Positions 55,717 to 64,000 of a DNA stretch of 64,000 nt are shown in pieces (the stretch's first letter is position 1; each line of letters starts with the position of its first letter). A program made the translations under genes and the position numbers. The notes beneath the pieces are model-generated. The model searched no databases. It was not told the DNA's origin and saw only the letters and a program-made list of their open reading frames with translations. The DNA is taken from NCBI GenBank assembly GCA_964507275.1, contig CAZDPG010000001.1, positions 404,577 through 468,576 of the forward strand, written 5' to 3'. Source of the stretch: an uncultured Candidatus Saccharibacteria bacterium (GTDB lineage: Bacteria > Patescibacteriota > Minisyncoccia > Phycocordibacterales > Phycocordibacteraceae).

Positions 55717-55953
55717 GATGAGTCCGCGGTGCAAGGCATATAAAAGCCACACGATGCTGTTCAGCAGAATCAGCAAAAAGGTCGGCAAAGAAACTCCAGC
55801 CGTTGAGCCGCTTGAGAGAACTGCCCACACTTGGGGGTACAGTGCGACACCGGACACGAAGCCGTTGAGGAGCGCAAGACGGTCGATAAAATGATGATGT
55901 AAAGTGGGCATGAACAAATAGTATAACGCAACCCTTGAAAGTCGCCTGACCAA
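55645..55953 (-). CDS. PQ-loop / SemiSWEET-like small membrane protein (islet cargo)
   Basis: LLNGFVSGVALYPQVWAVLSSGSTAGVSLPTFLLILL; 3 TM helices. Confidence 0.45.
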   Translation of the reverse strand: MVRRLSRVALYYLFMPTLHHHFIDRLALLNGFVSGVALYPQVWAVLSSGSTAGVSLPTFLLILLNSIVWLLYALHRGLISLGIASVFNILASIILVCAILFL

Positions 55954-56225
55954 ATAGCGATTATCACACTCTTGATGCCTATGAGTTAGGAGGTGCGATT
56001 TTTCTTATGCATGTATTTAAAGCATATCTCCGGTTTGAAGTTCAATACCTGCCCCCATGCACCAGGGCGGGAAGTAGGAACTGTGGTAGATGCTGGACGC
56101 CACCAGTTCGATTCCAATGCCCATGTTCAAAATCTGATGAATTTCGATGTGATTGCGACACGAAACACCGTTGAATACGAGAGTCGGAATCGAACTGGAA
56201 ATATGTTGGAAATGCTGCATGACAG

Positions 56226-56256
56226 AAAAAGCGCCTCTAGTATTTAGGCGCTTTTT
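56226..56256 (-). terminator. Bidirectional hairpin terminator 74 nt downstream of the tRNA-Met(CAT) gene
   Basis: aaaaagcgcct ctagtattt aggcgcttttt. Confidence 0.6.
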
Positions 56257-56329
56257 CTGGTGACCACGGGGGTCGGTACAGTACCGATTTTGCCATGGGG
56301 GCAGGAATGGTTCCTGCGTCACAACCGTG

Positions 56330-56400
56330 TTGCGGGGGCCGGAATCGAACCGGCGTCTGGAGGTTATGAGCCTCCCGAGGTACCTCTCCTCTACCCCGCT
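56330..56400 (-). tRNA. tRNA-Met (anticodon CAT), probably initiator type (A1·A72 mismatch, A73); CCA not encoded
   Basis: AGCGGGGTAGAGGAGAGGTACCTCGGGAGGCTCATAACCTCCAGACGCCGGTTCGATTCCGGCCCCCGCAA. It closely parallels E. coli tRNA-fMet at both ends. The short D-loop and A29:U41 are deviations. Confidence 0.75.
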
Positions 56401-56448
56401 ATTCGCCTAGTGTAATGAATTGCTTATATTTCCGCAACCTCAACGATT

Positions 56449-57030
56449 CTAAATCGCACGGAATTCGCGGAAGACCGCTTCATACTGTGCGATGGTGCGA
56501 CGAGCGAGCGTATCGGAAAGGTCGAATGCCGATCCTTGGTGTGCAATCTGATTGCGTACTTTATGCGCCTCCCATGCCTCGTTCAGAGTATTGAAGTCTG
56601 ACGACTCGACGGACTTCAATTTCTCACCGACACCCTCGCCGTCATATCCCTGCTTCGTGAGCATGTCATCGAGCATGATGTCCGCTTCGATAATCGCCGA
56701 GCGCCAATCGCTCGGGTTCACACTGCGAGCGAGTTCCTCAATGTGAAGCCAGCGCGGATTCACACCTCCCACACTCTCAGGTGCGAGGAGAATCGTGCCG
56801 TAATACTCCTCCTCACGATTGCGTAGTTCAAAGAGTCGTACCGTCGAGTAGATAATGAAAACCAAAGCCAGGATGGCGAGGATGTAGCCGATGATGATAA
56901 TCCAAATCCAGACATGCGCTATCCACGCCGAGAATTCCGTCAGGTCTACCGACCCGTAGCATGAGCCATGCAGGCACTCGTAGAGGAGACGAAACCAATA
57001 TTCAACGTTGGTCTGATTGCCGGCCATCAC
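56449..57030 (-). CDS. Membrane-anchored HEPN-like protein (R-N-x3-H motif; DUF4145/Abi-like)
   Basis: TM segment WIWIIIIGYILAILALVFIIY; C-terminal EAWEAHKVRNQIAHQGS carries the classic HEPN RNxxxH motif. Confidence 0.5.
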   Translation of the reverse strand: MMAGNQTNVEYWFRLLYECLHGSCYGSVDLTEFSAWIAHVWIWIIIIGYILAILALVFIIYSTVRLFELRNREEEYYGTILLAPESVGGVNPRWLHIEELARSVNPSDWRSAIIEADIMLDDMLTKQGYDGEGVGEKLKSVESSDFNTLNEAWEAHKVRNQIAHQGSAFDLSDTLARRTIAQYEAVFREFRAI

Positions 57031-57052
57031 TCTCTAGTATAAACGAAAAATA

Positions 57053-58489
57053 CTAGATGCTGCGCACCTTCTCCACCATACTGCTTGCAACAAAGAGAGC
57101 GCCTTCCGCTTGATGCGGCGCGGTGAAGTGGATGCCGACCGGGAGCGGCGATCCTTCCCGCTCGACCGTACCCATCGGAACGGAGATTGCTGGCATGCCA
57201 GTGAGGTTGGCGGTTACGGTAAATATATCCTCCAGATACATCGCTATCGGATCGCTCTTCTCACCGAACTTGAACGCTGGAGAGAGCGTCGTAGGGAAAG
57301 CGATGACATCGCATCTCTCGAACGCTTTGTCATATTCGCGGCGCAGCACTGCACGAGCAGCATCAGCCTTCTTGTAATAGGCATCGATGTAGCCCGAGGA
57401 GAGCACAAACGTGCCGAGCAAGATGCGGCGACGCGTCTCTTCGCCAAACCCTTCGGTGCGGGAGAGTAGGTAATCATCAAGCAGCGTCTCACCACGTGCG
57501 GCGTGGCCGTAGCGAATGCCATCGAGCCGGGCAAGATTCGCCGAGACCTCCGCAGGCATGATGACGTAATACGCCGCGAGAGCATGTGAGCTCATTGGCA
57601 GTTCGATATCGACGAGAGTGTTCCCTGCCGTCTCAAGCTGTGCGAGCGTCGCATCAAATGCGGCACGTACATCGGTATCAAGACCTTCGGTGAGCAGGTG
57701 GCGCGGTACACCGATACGTAGAGACGTTGCTGCCGGACGAGCAGGATACATACCATCAGCAATCGTCGTCGAATCGAGCACGTCTATACCCTGAATTGCT
57801 TCATACAGAATGCGGGCATCCTCGACAGTTTTCGTAAGAGGGCCGATTTGATCAAGCGACGAACCCATCGCGATGAGTCCTGAGCGCGAGACAGCCCCAT
57901 AGGTCGGCTTCAGTCCCACGAGGCCGGTAAGCGCAGCTGGCTGGCGGATAGAACCGCCCGTGTCAGAGCCGAGCGCTGCAATCGCAAGGTGCGCTGCGAC
58001 GGCAGCGGCAGACCCGCCAGACGATCCTCCTGGCACACGCGCAGTGTCGACTGGGTTGAGCGTCTTACCGAACGCCGAATGCTCGGTCGATGAACCCATG
58101 GCGAATTCATCCATATTAGTACGCCCGACGAAGAGTGCGCCGGCGTCTTTAAGCTTCTTTATCACCGTCGCGTCATACGTTGCGCGATAGTTCTCGAGCA
58201 TCTTGCTTGCCGCGCTCGCAATATGTCCTTCTATCAAAATATTGTCCTTAATCGCGAGCGGAATGCCGCAGAGAAACGGTGCGGACTCCCCTTCCGTATC
58301 AATACGTTCCTGCGCGCGAGCTATTGCCGCATCGTCGGCATCGAAAATCTCAAGATACGCGTTCAGTTCAGGATTCTTTTCTCGTGCCGCCGCGCTACAC
58401 GCATTCCACAGATCGCGCACAGAAATCTCCCTTGCGCGGAGTGCGCGGGCTGCTTCGGCTATCGAGAGCTCATTCGGTCGCTTAGTCAT
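57053..58489 (-). CDS. gatA: Glutamyl/aspartyl-tRNA amidotransferase subunit A
   Basis: 478 aa with the amidase signature (GGSSGGSAAAVAA, Ser-cisSer-Lys triad context). It overlaps the gatC stop by 8 nt. Confidence 0.9.
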   Translation of the reverse strand: MTKRPNELSIAEAARALRAREISVRDLWNACSAAAREKNPELNAYLEIFDADDAAIARAQERIDTEGESAPFLCGIPLAIKDNILIEGHIASAASKMLENYRATYDATVIKKLKDAGALFVGRTNMDEFAMGSSTEHSAFGKTLNPVDTARVPGGSSGGSAAAVAAHLAIAALGSDTGGSIRQPAALTGLVGLKPTYGAVSRSGLIAMGSSLDQIGPLTKTVEDARILYEAIQGIDVLDSTTIADGMYPARPAATSLRIGVPRHLLTEGLDTDVRAAFDATLAQLETAGNTLVDIELPMSSHALAAYYVIMPAEVSANLARLDGIRYGHAARGETLLDDYLLSRTEGFGEETRRRILLGTFVLSSGYIDAYYKKADAARAVLRREYDKAFERCDVIAFPTTLSPAFKFGEKSDPIAMYLEDIFTVTANLTGMPAISVPMGTVEREGSPLPVGIHFTAPHQAEGALFVASSMVEKVRSI

Positions 58490-58775
58490 GAGTGATAATC
58501 TGCTTCACAGCAAGCGCGTCGCCATCGCGAGCAGGAAACTGTTCAGCGACTTTCTCGGTAAATGCTCCGGTCGGATGCGGTTCGCCATCGATCCGCATCA
58601 CATTGCGCACAGGGGGTTTCTCTCCGGTGATATCAACGGGCATATCCAGCTTTTCGAGCTGTCCCACATACGCGAGGATTGCATCGAATTCGCTCGTGAA
58701 TTTCTCGAGATCTGCGTCGTTTATTCTGATCCGCGCCAATTCCGCGAGTTTCTTTACTTCTGCTACTGTCGCCAT
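58482..58775 (-). CDS. gatC: Glutamyl/aspartyl-tRNA amidotransferase subunit C
   Basis: 97 aa; VKKLAELARIRINDADLEKFTSEFDAILAYV is typical of GatC. Confidence 0.85.
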   Translation of the reverse strand: MATVAEVKKLAELARIRINDADLEKFTSEFDAILAYVGQLEKLDMPVDITGEKPPVRNVMRIDGEPHPTGAFTEKVAEQFPARDGDALAVKQIITHD

Positions 58776-58908
58776 GCTAGAGACTCTATCACTTTTGAGC
58801 TGATTTCGGAATTCGCGCCAGAAATGCCAGAGTGTTCAGAAAAAAGTATACCCTCTCCCGCGCAAAGCGAGAAAGGGTATGTTGACGCCCGAATACAGAG
58901 AACAGGGA

Positions 58909-59646
58909 TCAGAGTTTCGAAGCGCCCAAGTCGCGGATGAGGAAACAGCGGCCGCCAGAGTACCAACGATTTGGGTGGTCGAGCCTGCGGACGTGCGCGT
59001 TCCAACCGAGATTCTCGCAGTTGACCGCGCCAACCGAGACGGGATTGTTTCCATTGCCAGTCGCGACGAAAAAGAAATTGCCGTAACCGTCAATACCCAC
59101 ACCGGTCTTTTCGCCGAGACCGGTCTTTTTGACCATTTCTTCAGCTTGCGGCAAGGTCATGATGTAACCGTTTTCGATGAGCCTCTCACCCAGAAGTACG
59201 GGGTTCATCCGCGAGCTCACGCCGAGGATTGCAGCCGCTGCTTCTGCAAACGTCCATGTTTCGGTGAAACCAACCGCCGTGATGATGCATGCGGCGGATT
59301 CCGGCTGAGTGGATGGGAGCCACCTGTCGAAATCTTTGTCGCGGAATACGTATCGCGAGCTGGGGAAGCAATTCCTTGTTTCCTCGGCAGCAATTGCGAT
59401 GAGGTTGGTTGTGGCGATGATGGAAAACGAGGGATGCTCCCCCATCTCAACCGCGAGTGATTTGAAGCCGGCAAGAACTTGTTTCGTTCCTTCCGGGTCA
59501 TTCATCCAGCGGTCCATGTCCACATCGGACGGGACATTCTGGATGAGCCAGCCCGCGAACGCCGCGGTTTTTTTGCAGTAGGCCTTCGCATCCATGATGC
59601 GCTTCTCCTTGCTGGTAGCCCCGACCGAATAGTCGAGTTTCGCCAC
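58909..59646 (-). CDS. Hypothetical protein
   Basis: 245 aa with normal composition. The antisense ORF 58879..59460 is a shadow. Confidence 0.45.
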   Translation of the reverse strand: MAKLDYSVGATSKEKRIMDAKAYCKKTAAFAGWLIQNVPSDVDMDRWMNDPEGTKQVLAGFKSLAVEMGEHPSFSIIATTNLIAIAAEETRNCFPSSRYVFRDKDFDRWLPSTQPESAACIITAVGFTETWTFAEAAAAILGVSSRMNPVLLGERLIENGYIMTLPQAEEMVKKTGLGEKTGVGIDGYGNFFFVATGNGNNPVSVGAVNCENLGWNAHVRRLDHPNRWYSGGRCFLIRDLGASKL

Positions 59647-59736
59647 AGCAGAAAATGGCTTAGCATGTAGGCCTTTCTCTGCTGTGGCAAATGTACCCTC
59701 ACAACAAACTTGACTTCTAAAAGTTATGGTACGCTG

Positions 59737-62256
<2,520 letters not shown>

Positions 62257-62266
<10 letters not shown>

Positions 62267-62874
62267 GGTGTGAGATGACTGGTGACGGTCACGACATAGG
62301 GAGTCTCATGAAATGTCCACGACACCCTCGACACAATGCGCTCGTCTCCGGCTGAAACGTCAATCGCCTGAACCGTGCGGGTAAACGGCGTTCGTTCTGC
62401 CCCTCCGAGCTCGCTCTGTATAGTATAAATCCCATTCGTTAGATAGAGCGGTGAGCAAGTTTCCCCCGAGCACGGCACGAGCGCGAAACCGCTTCCCGAA
62501 CCCATGCTGCGGGACGGATCAAGCGTGCAGGTCGTTGTCCGGCACTGCGTAATCGATCCGGCGTTCGACCCGTTAAGGAAATTGCTCCACGCCGTGTCGG
62601 AAACGGTCGCCCCTCCCGTCTGATACGCCGCGAGATATTCAGTATCGCGCATAGCGCGCACATATTCGACGCCCTCCTGCGCGAGATACGACGCTGTCAA
62701 TTGGTCGCGGGCGATTTCCGCAGCAACAAGCGCACGGCTTGCGGTAAACAGCGGACCGGACACGGCAAACGTAAGAATGGTCACCGCAATCATGGTTTCG
62801 ATGAGCGTAAAGGCTCTCGGAGTTTTTACGTCGAGCGGTATATATGACCGGAGAATAGGTTTTTTCATGTTCAT
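62257..62874 (-). CDS. Type IV pilin / pseudopilin (prepilin N-terminal methylation motif)
   Basis: PRAFTLIETMIAVTILTFAV. Confidence 0.65.
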
Positions 62875-63413
62875 ATATCGGTGCCGCGCATTGTCGCGGA
62901 TGTCTCGACCGTGAATGGCTCTTCCTTCCCTGGCCCTGTCGAGACCGTACCCGACACGATGATAACGACACGAGACTGCTGATAATCGCTCGGCGCGGGG
63001 CTCGTACCGGAAGCATAGAACAGGAGCGATGAGATGGTGACCGACGGGTCAGTCAGTGTACTTTGTATCGAATTGCTCGTCTTCACGAGCGAAGCGCCGG
63101 AGAGGCTGTAGGAAACCAAAACGCCATGTCTATTCCTAAACACGAAGCTGCTTGCGCCGCTCGGACAATCGCCGATTCCTCCGCAGTTATATGCAGAGCC
63201 GGTTCGTATGTCGCGCGTCATGGTCTCGAGCGCGAAGGAGAGATCGTCGATCCCGGTCGCAACCCCCTGAGCCTGACGATTCAGACCGATCATCACGAGA
63301 TAAGCCCCGGAGGAAAGCGTCATGACAAAGGCGAACAGGCCGACCGCCACGATGAGCTCAACGAGAGTGTATCCCGAGTGCCGAGTATGTTTTTTCGCAG
63401 GGGTCATGGGCAT
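62871..63413 (-). CDS. Type IV pilin / pseudopilin
   Basis: SGYTLVELIVAVGLFAFVM. Confidence 0.65.
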   Translation of the reverse strand: MPMTPAKKHTRHSGYTLVELIVAVGLFAFVMTLSSGAYLVMIGLNRQAQGVATGIDDLSFALETMTRDIRTGSAYNCGGIGDCPSGASSFVFRNRHGVLVSYSLSGASLVKTSNSIQSTLTDPSVTISSLLFYASGTSPAPSDYQQSRVVIIVSGTVSTGPGKEEPFTVETSATMRGTDI

Positions 63414-63982
63414 GATGTGGCGTTTGCGGTTATGCGACCGGTGGAAGAAACCGCGACGTAGCGTTCTCCGCCGAGGGGAGAAGAGATTGTGAGACAGGCA
63501 TTCGTGACCGGAGAGAGAGCTGAATAAGCTCGGTTGACGCTCATAAACGGATCAGCATCCGGACGCGCAAACACAATGTCGAGGGCGGTCAGGCCGCCAC
63601 CCTGTGCATACGCGCACGACCATGCCCCGGATGCAAAGGCACAGAAATCACCAACGGTGATGTTGTTTCCGAGCGTATAAGTCGTCACCATCAGATCCTG
63701 TCCCGATTCATAACTGCAGTTCCCCGGCTGCGCATCAAGCGTGGACGGATCATCTACGGAATGGCAGACGGACAACGCGGACGGCGCGGGATAGGTGTCG
63801 GCAAAAAGAGTGAATGATCCAGGTGTCGATAATTCAAAGTGCATGCCGTACCCGGTCGGCATCATATTAATCGCATGTCCCCCGAGTCCGTAGGTTGCGG
63901 CGGAACGAAGCGAGAGCGCCACATCATACGCCGTATTCGCAAGAATAAGCGTCTTATTGAAAGCGCTCTGACTCGTGAGCAC
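63404..63982 (-). CDS. Cys-rich secreted protein in the pilin cluster (hypothetical; the N-terminus may lie near the window edge)
   Basis: 192 aa with 8 Cys. It overlaps the upstream pilin gene by 10 nt. Confidence 0.35.
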   Translation of the reverse strand: MLTSQSAFNKTLILANTAYDVALSLRSAATYGLGGHAINMMPTGYGMHFELSTPGSFTLFADTYPAPSALSVCHSVDDPSTLDAQPGNCSYESGQDLMVTTYTLGNNITVGDFCAFASGAWSCAYAQGGGLTALDIVFARPDADPFMSVNRAYSALSPVTNACLTISSPLGGERYVAVSSTGRITANATSCP

Positions 63983-64000
63983 GACCGACGTGATCGTGAC

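Larger units (their letters stand above)
53763..56400. mobile_element. Putative tRNA-Met(CAT)-inserted genomic islet (~2.6 kb, ~47% GC) bounded by a duplicated tRNA 3' end; no integrase present
   Basis: The att-like repeats above. Cargo is a membrane protein, a GT4 glycosyltransferase and a PQ-loop protein, with a compositional shift relative to the flanks. Confidence 0.45.

Noticed and set aside
55993-56247. 84-aa ORF with a GTG start next to AGGAGG inside the islet
   Set aside because: The SD overlaps the GTG, the internal ATG is 17 nt from the SD, and it has no domain and odd composition. Likely non-coding trailer/terminator region of the tRNA-Met(CAT) gene.

Overview
The window is a gene-dense, roughly 58-60% GC bacterial chromosomal segment with a Gram-positive-type envelope toolkit (sortase, LPXTG/DUF3494 surface proteins, type IV pilin-like genes). 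It may come from a small-genome (Patescibacteria-like) lineage; this is low confidence. The backbone is housekeeping and transport genes: ftsH (partial), smpB with tmRNA, a P-type ATPase, cfa, typA, an NRAMP transporter, an ABC-F ATPase, an RsuA-family pseudouridine synthase, prmC, engB, a MATE exporter, pyrG, ftsEX, prfB, a sensor histidine kinase, glycerate kinase, PEP synthase, enolase, a 2-hydroxyacid dehydrogenase, gatCA and ligA. I found six tRNA genes plus the tmRNA, all read directly from sequence; four of them do not encode a 3' CCA. Three short low-GC islets sit immediately 3' of stable-RNA genes: one after the tmRNA, one after tRNA-Gln and one after tRNA-Met(CAT); the last is flanked by a duplicated tRNA 3' end plus trailer (an att-like repeat). 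The tmRNA-linked islet carries a translationally coupled two-gene module whose distal protein has an R-x4-H HEPN-like motif, making it a candidate toxin/abortive-infection module. The most unusual multi-gene unit is a five-gene minus-strand operon: a nitroreductase-fold protein, a ThiF/E1-like adenylyltransferase, a PaaK/F390-synthetase-like adenylating ligase, a PLP aminotransferase and ApbE. It resembles RiPP (TOMM-like) or small-molecule tailoring machinery but lacks a YcaO. prfB is odd: a 121-codon ORF lies upstream in the same frame, separated by a single TGA near the position of the classical autoregulatory stop, and there is no classical +1 frameshift architecture. Other points of note are a 42-bp perfect palindrome upstream of an ECF sigma/anti-sigma cluster, an ApbE/FMN-bind/membrane-FNR flavinylation trio, two SemiSWEET-like genes and a membrane-anchored HEPN-like protein next to the tRNA-Met(CAT) gene. 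I found no CRISPR array, integrase or transposase.
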